Positions 29,303 to 40,163 of a stretch of DNA of 64,000 bases are shown here, in pieces. The translations under genes and the position numbers were made by a program. This DNA is from Gammaproteobacteria bacterium (GTDB lineage Bacteria; Pseudomonadota; Gammaproteobacteria; Pseudomonadales; JADFDG01), in assembly GCA_018262975.1 (NCBI GenBank), contig JADFDG010000008.1, forward strand, positions 24,986 through 88,985. Reading direction: 5' to 3'. The number at the start of each line of letters is the position of its first letter. Positions within the stretch are counted from its first letter, which is position 1. The notes under the pieces are model-generated. The model ran no database searches and was not told the DNA's origin. It was given only the letters and a program-made list of their open reading frames with translations.

Positions 29303-31782
29303 CAGCGTTTCCTGCCCCTCGGCTTGCCACCGCCGGCGGGCTTCTTCGCGTCACCGCGCCCGCCGCGCTCACCACCACCGCGGCCACCGCCGTCCTTTTT
29401 CGCCGCCGGGTGCGGTTTGCGCGCGGCTTCCGCGGCCAGCGCATCCTTCGCCGAGGTGCGACGCGGCGCGGGCTTGCCGGCGTCCGCCGACCCCGCCTTC
29501 GCCTTCGCCCTGCCGGTGGACGGCTTGCCGGATACCAGTTGCAGGTCGATCTTGCGTTCGTCGACGTTCACCGCCGCCACCAGCACGCGCAGGGTGTCGC
29601 CCAGCGCGATGCGGCGGCCGGAGCGCTCGCCTTCCAGGCAGTGGCGCACGGCATCGAAATGCCAGTAGTCGTTGTCGAGCGTGGAGATGTGCACCAGGCC
29701 TTCGATGTAGATGTCGGTGAGGTTCACGAACAGGCCGAAGCCGGTCACCGCGCTCACCACGCCCTCGAACTCGCCGCCGATGTGCTGGCGCATGTATTCG
29801 CACTTCAGGCGCTGCACGACATCGCGGGTGGCCTCGTCGGCACGGCGCTCGGTCTGCGAGCAGTGCTCGCCCACGCCGCGCATTTCCGCCGGACTGAACG
29901 GCAGCCAGGCCTTGCGGTCCAGCGCCGGGGCGCCCTCGCGGCGCTGCGCGCCCTGCACGCCGCCCTCGCGGATCAGCACGCGCAGCGCGCGGTGCACCAG
30001 CAGGTCGGGGTAGCGGCGGATCGGCGAGGTGAAGTGCGTGTAGGCATCGTAGCCGAGGCCGAAGTGGCCGCGGTTCTCTTCCTGGTACATCGCCTGCTTC
30101 ATCGAGCGCAGCATCACCGTCTGGATGACGTTGGCGTCCGGGCGATCCTTGATCTGCGCCATCACCCGCTGGTAGTCGGCCGGCTCGACGGCCGGCGCGC
30201 CCTTGGCCTTCGGCTTCTTGTTGCCGAAGATCGACAGGCCGAGACCGCGCAGGTAGTCGGAGAGCGTTTCCAGCTTCTCCGGCGTCGGGCCTTCGTGGTT
30301 GCGGTACACGGTGGGCGTCTTGGTGCGGATCAGCAGCTTGGCGGCACAGGTGTTGGCCGCCAGCATGCATTCCTCGATGAGCTTGTGCGCGTCGTTGCGG
30401 ATCACCGGGACGATCCTGGCGATCTTGCGCCCCTCGGTGAACTGGATCTTGGTCTCGACGGTGTCGAAGTCGATGGCACCGCGCGCGTCGCGCGCCTGCT
30501 TCAGCGCCTCGTACAGCGAGTACAGGTTGAGCAGGTTGCCCTCGATCTCGCCGATCTCCGCGCGCACCTTCTGCGCCTCGCGGCTTTCCGGGCGCTCGAG
30601 GATGGCCGCCACCTTGTTGTAGGTCAGGCGCGCGTGCGAGCGGATCACCGCCTCGTGGAAGCGGTAATGGGTGATGCGGCCTTCCGGCGAGATGGTCATG
30701 TCGCAGGCCAGCACGAAGCGATCCACGTGCGGGTTCAGCGAGCACAGGCCGTTGGACAGCGCTTCCGGCAGCATCGGCACGACGCGGTCGGGGAAGTACA
30801 CCGAGTTGCCGCGCTCGTACGCTTCCTTGTCCAGCGCCGAGCCCGGCTGCACGTAGTGCGACACGTCGGCGATGGCGACGATCAGGTGCCAGCCGCCGTT
30901 GTCACGCATCTCGCAGTAGACGGCGTCGTCGAAGTCGCGCGCGTCCTCGCCGTCGATGGTGACCAGCGGGATGTGGCGCAGGTCGAGGCGGTAGTGGTAG
31001 TGGTCCCTGTCCGGTTCCGGCGCGAAGCGCGCGGCTTCCTGCTCGACATCCTCGGGGAAGCGGTGCGGGATGCCGTAGGAGCGGATGGCGATCTCGGTTT
31101 CCATGCCCGCTTCGCGGGTGTCGCCGAGCACTTCCACGATCTTCACGCGGCCGCGCGTGCGGCCGCCCGGCCACTCGACGATTTCCACGAGGGCGAACTC
31201 GCCGGATTTCGTCTCGACGCCGGGGTGGTCCTCGACGAGGAAATCGGTGGTGATGCGCTTGTTGTCCGGCTGGAAGAAATCGGCGTTGCCGTCGCGCACG
31301 ATGCGTCCGACCAGGGTGCGCAAGGTGCGCTGCAGCACGCTGACCACTTCGCCTTCGCGGCGGCCACGCGCATCCACGCCGATGACGCGCGCGAGCACGC
31401 GGTCACCGTCGATCAGGGTGCGCATCTGGCGCGGCGTGAGGAACAGGTCGCCCACGCCCTCGTCGGGCACCACGAAGCCGAAGCCGTCGCGGTGGCCGAC
31501 CACGCGGCCGGCGATGAGGTCCATGGCCTGTGGCAGGCCGTAGGCGCCGCGGCGGTTGCAGACCAGCTGGCCGTCGCGCTCCATGGCGGCGAGGCGCCGG
31601 GTCACGGCATCGACCAGCTCGGGCTGGTCGGCCAGGCCGATGGCAGCGATCAGTTCGTCGGCGGTGGTGGGCAGGCCGCGCTGGTGCAGCCATTGAAGCA
31701 GGTAGGCCCGGCTCGGAATCGGGCGGTCGTACTTGTGCGACTCACCGGCAAACGCCGGGTCGCTCTCGGGGGTCCAGATCAA
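29302..31782 (-). CDS. rnr: Ribonuclease R
   Basis: 826 aa. RNB domain (TIDGEDARDFDDAV), S1 domain, and a Lys/Arg/Gly-rich tail. Confidence 0.95.
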   Translation of the reverse strand: MIWTPESDPAFAGESHKYDRPIPSRAYLLQWLHQRGLPTTADELIAAIGLADQPELVDAVTRRLAAMERDGQLVCNRRGAYGLPQAMDLIAGRVVGHRDGFGFVVPDEGVGDLFLTPRQMRTLIDGDRVLARVIGVDARGRREGEVVSVLQRTLRTLVGRIVRDGNADFFQPDNKRITTDFLVEDHPGVETKSGEFALVEIVEWPGGRTRGRVKIVEVLGDTREAGMETEIAIRSYGIPHRFPEDVEQEAARFAPEPDRDHYHYRLDLRHIPLVTIDGEDARDFDDAVYCEMRDNGGWHLIVAIADVSHYVQPGSALDKEAYERGNSVYFPDRVVPMLPEALSNGLCSLNPHVDRFVLACDMTISPEGRITHYRFHEAVIRSHARLTYNKVAAILERPESREAQKVRAEIGEIEGNLLNLYSLYEALKQARDARGAIDFDTVETKIQFTEGRKIARIVPVIRNDAHKLIEECMLAANTCAAKLLIRTKTPTVYRNHEGPTPEKLETLSDYLRGLGLSIFGNKKPKAKGAPAVEPADYQRVMAQIKDRPDANVIQTVMLRSMKQAMYQEENRGHFGLGYDAYTHFTSPIRRYPDLLVHRALRVLIREGGVQGAQRREGAPALDRKAWLPFSPAEMRGVGEHCSQTERRADEATRDVVQRLKCEYMRQHIGGEFEGVVSAVTGFGLFVNLTDIYIEGLVHISTLDNDYWHFDAVRHCLEGERSGRRIALGDTLRVLVAAVNVDERKIDLQLVSGKPSTGRAKAKAGSADAGKPAPRRTSAKDALAAEAARKPHPAAKKDGGGRGGGERGGRGDAKKPAGGGKPRGRKR

Positions 31783-31869
31783 GAATGTCTCCGTGGTGCC
31801 GGGCGGTCCACGCCCGGGGTATAGCTAACCTTCCTATCGTACACCCTCCCTGCCCCGCCCGCCTGTCCT

Positions 31870-31924
31870 GTAGAGAGGGCGCCATGCGCCCGATAAGCGG
31901 TCGGGGGCATGGCCCCCTCTCTAC
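31870..31924. repeat. REP inverted doublet (31870-31893 plus, 31901-31924 minus)
   Basis: Lies between the divergent rnr and alcohol dehydrogenase genes. Confidence 0.85.
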
Positions 31925-32035
31925 GAGGGGGGACGTGGATGTTGACGCAAGGCAAGGCTCCAGCGGATTGCCACCCGCATGCCACCGGCACGCGCTAGGT
32001 TTGGGGACCATGCCATCCGCCGGAGGGATCCACCC

Positions 32036-33133
32036 ATGCCCGTCATGATGAAAGCCGCCGTGTTCGTCGCACCCGGACGCATCGAGCTCGCCGACAAGCC
32101 CATCCCGGACGTCGGCCCCAACGACGCCCTGGTGCGCATCACCACCACCACCATCTGCGGCACCGACGTCCACATCCTCAAGGGTGAGTATCCGGTGGCG
32201 CCCGGCCTGACGGTCGGCCACGAGCCGGTGGGGGTCATCGAGAAGCTCGGCAGCGCAGTGCAGGGCTACCGGGAAGGCCAGCGGGTGATCGCCGGCGCCA
32301 TCTGCCCGAACTTCAACAGCTACGCCGCCCAGGACGGCGTGCCCAGCCAGGACGGCAGCTACCTGGTGGCCAGCGGCCGCTGCGCCTGCCACGGCTACAA
32401 GGCCACCGCCGGCTGGCGCTTCGGCAACATCATCGACGGCACCCAGGCCGAGTACGTGCTGGTGCCGGACGCCCAGGCCAACCTCGCCCCCATCCCCGAC
32501 GGCCTTACCGACGAACAGGTGCTGATGTGCCCGGACATCATGTCCACCGGCTTCAAGGGCGCCGAGAACGCCAACATCCGCATCGGCGACACCGTGGTGG
32601 TATTCGCGCAGGGCCCCATCGGGCTGTGCGCCACCGCCGGGGCACGCCTGCTGGGCGCCACCACCGTGATCGGGGTGGACAGCAACGACCACCGGCTGGA
32701 TATCGCGAAGAAACTGGGCGCCGACGTCACCCTCAATTTCACCCGCTGCGACGTGGTGGACGAGGTGATGAAGCTGACCGGCGGGCGCGGCGCCGACGCG
32801 GCGATCGAGGCGCTGGGGCAGCAGGCCACCTTCGAGAACGCGCTGCGCGTGCTCAAGCCCGGCGGCACGCTGTCGAGCCTGGGGGTGTACTCCAGCGACC
32901 TGAAGATCCCGCTGGGCGCCTTCGCGGCCGGGCTGGGCGACCACCGCATCGTCACCGCGCTGTGCCCCGGCGGCAAGGAGCGCATGCGGCGGCTGATGAA
33001 CGTGGTGGCCGCCAACCGCCTGGACCTGGGCCTGATGGTGACGCACCACTACCGGCTGGACGACATCGTGGCCGCCTACGACCTGTTCTCGCACCAGCGC
33101 GACGGGGTGCTGAAGGTGGCGGTGAAGCCCTGA
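32036..33133 (+). CDS. Zinc-dependent NAD(P) alcohol dehydrogenase (MDR family)
   Basis: ICGTDVHILKGEYP...GHEPVGVIEKLG zinc motif and GxGxxG (VFAQGPIGL). Start at 32036 (MPVMMKAAVF). Confidence 0.85.
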   Translation: MPVMMKAAVFVAPGRIELADKPIPDVGPNDALVRITTTTICGTDVHILKGEYPVAPGLTVGHEPVGVIEKLGSAVQGYREGQRVIAGAICPNFNSYAAQDGVPSQDGSYLVASGRCACHGYKATAGWRFGNIIDGTQAEYVLVPDAQANLAPIPDGLTDEQVLMCPDIMSTGFKGAENANIRIGDTVVVFAQGPIGLCATAGARLLGATTVIGVDSNDHRLDIAKKLGADVTLNFTRCDVVDEVMKLTGGRGADAAIEALGQQATFENALRVLKPGGTLSSLGVYSSDLKIPLGAFAAGLGDHRIVTALCPGGKERMRRLMNVVAANRLDLGLMVTHHYRLDDIVAAYDLFSHQRDGVLKVAVKP

Positions 33134-33153
33134 CCCGTCCCGGGCCGGAAAAC

Positions 33154-33182
33154 AAAAAGGCCGCTCGATGAGCGGCCTTTTT
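33154..33182. terminator. Bidirectional intrinsic terminator between the alcohol dehydrogenase gene and tRNA-Leu
   Basis: AAAAA-GGCCGCTC-GAT-GAGCGGCC-TTTTT. Confidence 0.85.
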
Positions 33183-33214
33183 GCGTCAGGGGCGGTGGTA
33201 AACCCCTTCTGTAT

Positions 33215-33299
33215 TGGTGCCGAGGAGAGGACTTGAACCTCCACGACTTGCGTCACTAGTACCTGAAACTAGCGTGTCTACCAATTTCACCACCTCGGC
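33215..33299 (-). tRNA. tRNA-Leu (anticodon CAG), 85 nt with long variable arm and encoded CCA
   Basis: Reverse complement reads GCCGAGGTGGTGAAATTGGTAGACACGCTAGTTTCAGGTACTAGTGACGCAAGTCGTGGAGGTTCAAGTCCTCTCCTCGGCACCA. Acceptor stem GCCGAGG/CCTCGGC, anticodon loop TTCAGGT, T-loop GGTTCAAGTCC. Confidence 0.92.
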
Positions 33300-33309
33300 G
33301 GAGGCGCGC

Positions 33310-33315
33310 ATTCTA
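33310..33315 (-). promoter_or_regulatory. Candidate -10 box TAGAATGCGCGCC for tRNA-Leu
   Basis: The hexamer ends 10 nt upstream of the mature tRNA 5' end (33299). Confidence 0.5.
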
Positions 33316-33352
33316 GGGGATGGGCGCCGGCTATGGAAGCCCCCTTTTCCAT

Positions 33353-33419
33353 GTCGAGAGGGGGCCATGCCCCCGATCATGTGAAAGCAAAAGCGTCGGG
33401 GGCATGGCCCCCTCTCTAC
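33353..33419. repeat. REP inverted doublet (33353-33376 plus with a GTCG head, 33396-33419 minus)
   Basis: Lies between the tRNA-Leu promoter and the MCE gene. CTA at 33416-33418 is the MCE-gene stop codon. Confidence 0.88.
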
Positions 33420-34339
33420 GGGAGCGGCGCCGGGGGCTGGCCGCCCTTGAAGGGCCAGCGCTTGGCGGCGCCGTCCATGAGGGTACGGGCGTCGCGCACC
33501 GCGGCGTCGGTGTTGTCGAGCAGCGCCTCCACCTTCGGCGCGGTGCCGTCGATGGCGCGGGTGGCGGCCTCGGCGGTGGCCTTCGCGCTGGCGGTGGTCT
33601 CGTCGAGCTTCGCCATGGATTCGCCGGCCTTCGCCGACAGGTCCGTCACCTGCTTTTCCAGCGTCGCCAGCGCGCGGTCGGTGTTGTCCAGCGTGCGCTT
33701 CACGTCGTCGCGCGCCAGCGTGTCCACGTCGTCCACCAGCCGGTCGACCTTGCGGCGCGTTTCGCGCAGTTCACCGGCGAGCTTGCGCAGGTCGCCCATC
33801 GCCGCGCGAAAATCGCCCTGCGGATCATTGAGGTAGCCGAGCAGTTTCGTGGTGCCGTCGATCACCGGCAGCGTGCGGTTACGCAGGTCGGCGGCGATGT
33901 CGGCCAGCGCCGGCGTGGGTTCGAACTGCACCGACTCGCCGGACTGCAGCGACGGCAGCGACGCGTTGCCGCTTCGCATCGCCAGGTAGCTGTCGCCGAT
34001 AAGGCCCTCGCGCGCGATGGACACCACCGAGTCGGCCTTCACCCAGCGCATGTACTGCTCCTCGATGCGCAACTGGACGTCCACGCGCGCGGTGTCGTTG
34101 AGCGACACCGATTTCACTTCGCCGATCTTGAAGCCGGACAGTTTCACCGCCATGCCCGCACGCAGGTCGGTGCCGCTGGGCGCCTCGACGAGGATGTCGA
34201 CCTTGCGCGTGAAATAACCCTGCTGGGCGGCCAGCAGCACCAGCAGGCCAACGCTTGCCAGCAAGGCCAGCAGCGCGAAGGCGGCCACCTTGAGGTTGAG
34301 GCCGCGGAAGCGCGGATCGGTGTCGCGAAGCAGGCTCAC
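33416..34339 (-). CDS. MCE/MlaD-family protein with a long helical C-terminal extension
   Basis: N-terminal TM LKVAAFALLALLASVGLLVLLAA. MCE domain (AGMAVKLSGFKIGEVKSVSL...). GTG at 34339 overlaps the upstream stop (GTGA). The stop codon TAG lies inside a REP unit. Confidence 0.85.
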   Translation of the reverse strand: MSLLRDTDPRFRGLNLKVAAFALLALLASVGLLVLLAAQQGYFTRKVDILVEAPSGTDLRAGMAVKLSGFKIGEVKSVSLNDTARVDVQLRIEEQYMRWVKADSVVSIAREGLIGDSYLAMRSGNASLPSLQSGESVQFEPTPALADIAADLRNRTLPVIDGTTKLLGYLNDPQGDFRAAMGDLRKLAGELRETRRKVDRLVDDVDTLARDDVKRTLDNTDRALATLEKQVTDLSAKAGESMAKLDETTASAKATAEAATRAIDGTAPKVEALLDNTDAAVRDARTLMDGAAKRWPFKGGQPPAPLP

Positions 34340-34902
34340 GGCAGGACGACCTCGGTCTGTTGGAAACTGAGCGCAGCGAAACCGGCGGGCCCGCGCGCGT
34401 CGCTGGCGGCATCGATGACCAGCAGGGCGGCATCGGCGAGCACGTCGTCGATCAGCGCGTGCAACGGCGCGTCCACCGGTGGCAGCACCGCGCACTCCAG
34501 CAGCAGGAGTCTGGGCCGCAGCAACAACTGGCGCAACCAGCCGACCTGGCGGCGCTCGTCGTCCGCCAGCTGTGCCGGCGGGCTGGCGAGCAGGCGGGCG
34601 GTGCCGGTGGCGTCATGGCCCAGACGGGCGCACCAGCCGGCAATGGAAGTTTCCAGGCCCGGCACGGTCGCCGGCGCATGCCACTGGCGAGCCAGCACGA
34701 GGTTTTCCCACGCCGGCAGGTTCGACAGCAGGCCGCCGTCTTCGGGCAGCCAACCCACGGCGGCGTCACCGAGTTGCGCGCGCGCCGCGGCGAGCAAGGT
34801 GTCGATCACGCCGGCGTCCGCGTCGGTGCCGAGCACGTAGCGACCCGGGCCGGGAATTTCCAGGCGGTAGTTGCCGGTGTTGATGCGCAGCGGCCAGTTC
34901 AC
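34336..34902 (-). CDS. Degenerate ABC nucleotide-binding-domain-like protein (all catalytic motifs lost)
   Basis: 188 aa. Collinear remnants of an MlaF-like NBD: Walker A position GTDADAGV; Q-loop GWLPE; signature LADDE followed by RRQVGWLRQLLLRP; Walker B LLLLECA; H-loop region IDAASD. GTG at 34902 overlaps the MlaE-like stop (GTGA). Confidence 0.6.
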   Translation of the reverse strand: MNWPLRINTGNYRLEIPGPGRYVLGTDADAGVIDTLLAAARAQLGDAAVGWLPEDGGLLSNLPAWENLVLARQWHAPATVPGLETSIAGWCARLGHDATGTARLLASPPAQLADDERRQVGWLRQLLLRPRLLLLECAVLPPVDAPLHALIDDVLADAALLVIDAASDARGPAGFAALSFQQTEVVLP

Positions 34903-35612
34903 AGGGGCACCATCAGCAGATCGATCAGCAGCACGCAGGCCAGCCCGCGCACCACCGCGCGCGAAGCGGCGATCGGCACCTCGGTGTAGGAACCGCGCGC
35001 GGCCAGCCCGGTGTGGCAGGCCACCAGCGCGATGGCCGCGCCGAACAACAGGCTCTTGAGCATGCATTCGATGATCGCACCGGCCGCCAGCGTTTCGCCC
35101 ACCTGCAGCAGGGTGCCGAACGCATGCGACGGCGCGGCGAACAGGCTGCCGGTGAGCGCGGCGGTGATGGCGAAATAGATGGACAGCAACAGGCAACCGC
35201 TCACCATGCCGAACACGCGCGGCACCACCAGGTATTGCAGCGGCGGAATGCCCAGCCGCGCCAGCAGGCGCACTTCGCCGCTGGCCTGCAGGGTGGCCAG
35301 CTCGCTGGCCATCGCCGGCGCGCTGCGCGCGGCAACCAGGAAGGCGGTGAGCAGGGGCGCGATTTCGTCGAGGGTGATGCGCAGCAGCACGGCGATGGCT
35401 TCGCGCGGCGCCTGGCCGAAGTCGCGCAACTGCCCGACCAGAATGCCCGACACCGCGACCGCCACCAGCAACACCAGCGGCAACGACTGCAGGCCGGAGA
35501 AATAAACCTGCTTGAAGTACACGCGCCGCGCCGGCTCGCGCCGCCACAGGATGCCGGCGTGCGCGAGCGCCGCGACGGTGTCGCGCCAGCGGAAGTGCGG
35601 TGAGCGTTCCAT
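34899..35612 (-). CDS. MlaE-family ABC permease
   Basis: 237 aa. FKQVYFSGLQSLPLVLLVAV..., ELATLQASGEVRLLARLGIPPLQYLVVPRVFG and YTEVPIAASRAVV are typical of MlaE/YrbE (DUF140). Confidence 0.85.
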   Translation of the reverse strand: MERSPHFRWRDTVAALAHAGILWRREPARRVYFKQVYFSGLQSLPLVLLVAVAVSGILVGQLRDFGQAPREAIAVLLRITLDEIAPLLTAFLVAARSAPAMASELATLQASGEVRLLARLGIPPLQYLVVPRVFGMVSGCLLLSIYFAITAALTGSLFAAPSHAFGTLLQVGETLAAGAIIECMLKSLLFGAAIALVACHTGLAARGSYTEVPIAASRAVVRGLACVLLIDLLMVPL

Positions 35613-35638
35613 GCCCGCGCCGCTTCCGGGTCAGCGCG

Positions 35639-38177
<2,539 letters not shown>

Positions 38178-38197
38178 TCACCTTGCAATGGGGGGAT

Positions 38198-38428
38198 TCA
38201 GGAACGCGCCCAGGACAGCAGCAGCGCACCGCCGATCATGCTGGCCAGGCCGATGACGCGCAGCGTGCGGTCATCCAGGTCCGCCAGCGTGCGCACCGAC
38301 TCACGGAACCGGGCCGGCGCCAGCGCCGGCATCAGGCCCTCGAAGACCAGGTACAGGGCAAAGGCCGCAAAAAGGTCCTGCCAGTCAAGTTCGGGCACGT
38401 CGGGAAGCCACCGGGAGTCTGCGGGCAT
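38198..38428 (-). CDS. DUF2065 (YjeT-like) small membrane protein
   Basis: ALYLVFEGLMPALAP...VIGLASMIGGALLL. It occupies the position of E. coli yjeT between hflC and purA. Start uncertain (ATG 38428, or GTG 30 nt downstream). Confidence 0.72.
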   Translation of the reverse strand: MPADSRWLPDVPELDWQDLFAAFALYLVFEGLMPALAPARFRESVRTLADLDDRTLRVIGLASMIGGALLLSWARS

Positions 38429-38453
38429 AAAAAACCCGGGCGGGGACCCGGGT
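38429..38453 (-). terminator. Terminator-like hairpin plus T-run abutting the DUF2065 ATG
   Basis: The minus strand reads ACCCGGG-TCCCCG-CCCGGGT-TTTTT, followed directly by ATG. Its role (terminator of upstream transcription, or attenuator) is unclear. Confidence 0.4.
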
Positions 38454-38482
38454 AATCGATTCTACCACCCCACCCCCACCCT

Positions 38483-38570
38483 GTAGAGAGGGGCAGACCC
38501 TTACCCGCCCTTCGTAGAGAGGGGCCATGCCCCCGACCTGCACCTCGTAGAGAGGGGGCCATGCCCCCGA
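38483..38570 (+). repeat. Three REP units in direct orientation (38483-38500 truncated, 38514-38536, 38547-38570)
   Basis: Left border of the low-GC RCC1 islet. Confidence 0.85.
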
Positions 38571-38646
38571 CCAGGCTGCCGATGGCAATCCACGGCGCTA
38601 AGGGGCAATGCCAAGGCCGCCATGCGGCGGACTCGCGGGCAGCAGC

Positions 38647-39927
38647 CTACTTCCACCGCCACAGGGATGCTTCGGGCGTCAGCCAGGTCTGCTCAGTGTC
38701 CTTATCCATCGTTCTGCCGGTTCCACGCACCGCGCCCAAGGCCCTGCCGAAGAAGACGGTCCGCCCATCAGCCAGTAATGCCGCACCACGAGCATGTCCA
38801 CCTACTACTGCAACAGGGGACTCCAGTTGGGCTACAAAACCTACCGAAGGCCAGTCCTTGCGCGCAAATCCAGCGATCGAGGGCCCACCGGCCGACTCAC
38901 CCCATGACCACAAACGTCCGCGGTCATCGGTTGCGTAAGCCGCAGGCCCGGAAGAGGCAATCGCCACAATTCTTCCGATTCCCGGAACACTGGCCAACCG
39001 GGAATTGATTTTCGCATCGCGATAACCTTGCCCTAACTGCCCTCCGGAATTGAATCCTATCGCATGCACCTTGCCATGGTTGTCCAGCAGGTAAGTCGTG
39101 GCGTTTCCAAGCGCGATCGAAACGACCGATATTCCTCCGCACTTAGTAAACTTGCTGATCCATGGTTCAGCCCCAGCTGCGCAACCGATCTTGCCCTGCA
39201 AATTGGACCCAATGAACCAGACCACCCCACCTGCAGTCAGCACAGCAATACTGGTTGAACCAACGAACACCTTGACTGCACCAGGTATCTCATCAATCAA
39301 AACAGGAACCGCCTGAGACTTCCCACTCTCTCCCGCTGAGCCTGAAACCCCAAATACACCGCGTTCAGACAATCCGAATCCATAGATTCGGCCTGCATCA
39401 TCCAATGCAACCGAGCGAGACCGGTCCGCTCCGATACTGACGATATTCTCCAAGCCAGGAACCTTGCGCGGTATCGACGAGTAGTCGCCTTCCTCCGCAT
39501 ACCCGAGCTGCCCGTACTCGTTCGATCCCCACGCATAGACACCCCCGTCGCGACCGAGGGCAATGAAGTGCCCTGCGCCACCCGCGACTTCGACGATGTC
39601 AGACAGCCCATCCAATCTGGTCGGAGTCGTCTGCAGTGCCCCCTGCGCTTTCGTAGCCAACTCACCATGCGCAGACACGCCCCAGCCCCAGACAGATCCG
39701 TCGTCTTTGGCACCAATGGTGGCGTCGCTGGCAAACGCCAGCTTTCGCGGCGCCAAATCCGGCCCGCGCGGCACTTCGAATTCCGTCAGGTCCGCAACTT
39801 CGCGCGCGCGATCACGTGCCGTGCCGTCACCGCAGCCTGCGACAAGCAGAAGTACGGCAACCGCCAGCACGACGTGCAACGGGCGAATTGACAGGGGCAA
39901 TGCGGGGAAAGAGGCAACATGAGGCAT
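38647..39927 (-). CDS. RCC1-repeat (beta-propeller) lipoprotein on a low-GC islet
   Basis: Lipobox LLLVAG-C. Repeated RCC1 signatures (GHFIALGRDGGVYAWGSNEYGQLG, HAIGFNSGGQLGQG, GRLWSWGES). Hand-counted GC is about 45-58% on four 60-nt lines, against 63-75% in hflC. Confidence 0.8.
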   Translation of the reverse strand: MPHVASFPALPLSIRPLHVVLAVAVLLLVAGCGDGTARDRAREVADLTEFEVPRGPDLAPRKLAFASDATIGAKDDGSVWGWGVSAHGELATKAQGALQTTPTRLDGLSDIVEVAGGAGHFIALGRDGGVYAWGSNEYGQLGYAEEGDYSSIPRKVPGLENIVSIGADRSRSVALDDAGRIYGFGLSERGVFGVSGSAGESGKSQAVPVLIDEIPGAVKVFVGSTSIAVLTAGGVVWFIGSNLQGKIGCAAGAEPWISKFTKCGGISVVSIALGNATTYLLDNHGKVHAIGFNSGGQLGQGYRDAKINSRLASVPGIGRIVAIASSGPAAYATDDRGRLWSWGESAGGPSIAGFARKDWPSVGFVAQLESPVAVVGGHARGAALLADGRTVFFGRALGAVRGTGRTMDKDTEQTWLTPEASLWRWK

Positions 39928-40072
39928 AGCGCGCAAATCCTTTGAGCGCGTCAATGGCGGCGAGCCTTCCATGCGCAAGGGCGCGCGCCATCCGACGAAT
40001 CCTGGTGGCTTACGCTAGCGCATGTTTCCGGGGCGGAGGAAGGGAAACAAGAGCGAGGGGTATAACGGCCAT

Positions 40073-40139
40073 GTAGAGAGGGGGCCTTGCCCCCGACCGG
40101 TAAAGGGCAAGAGCGTCGGGGGCATGGCCCCCTCTCTAC
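40073..40139. repeat. REP inverted doublet (40073-40096 plus, 40116-40139 minus)
   Basis: Right border of the RCC1 islet, just downstream of the hflC stop. Confidence 0.88.
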
Positions 40140-40163
40140 GAAGGGCGAAAGGCGAAGGGCGGG

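Noticed and set aside
29302-29304. 1-4 nt start/stop overlaps (rnr/rlmB, thiL/pgpA, hflK/hflC, rhodanese/psd, ribBA/ribE), considered as programmed frameshift or fusion sites.
   Set aside because: These are ordinary ATGA/GTGA/TGATG translational-coupling junctions between complete, independently recognisable proteins.
33215-33299. tRNA-Leu as the integration site of a genomic island.
   Set aside because: There is no integrase, no phage or IS genes, and I did not see a direct repeat of the tRNA 3' end. The neighbouring genes have native composition.
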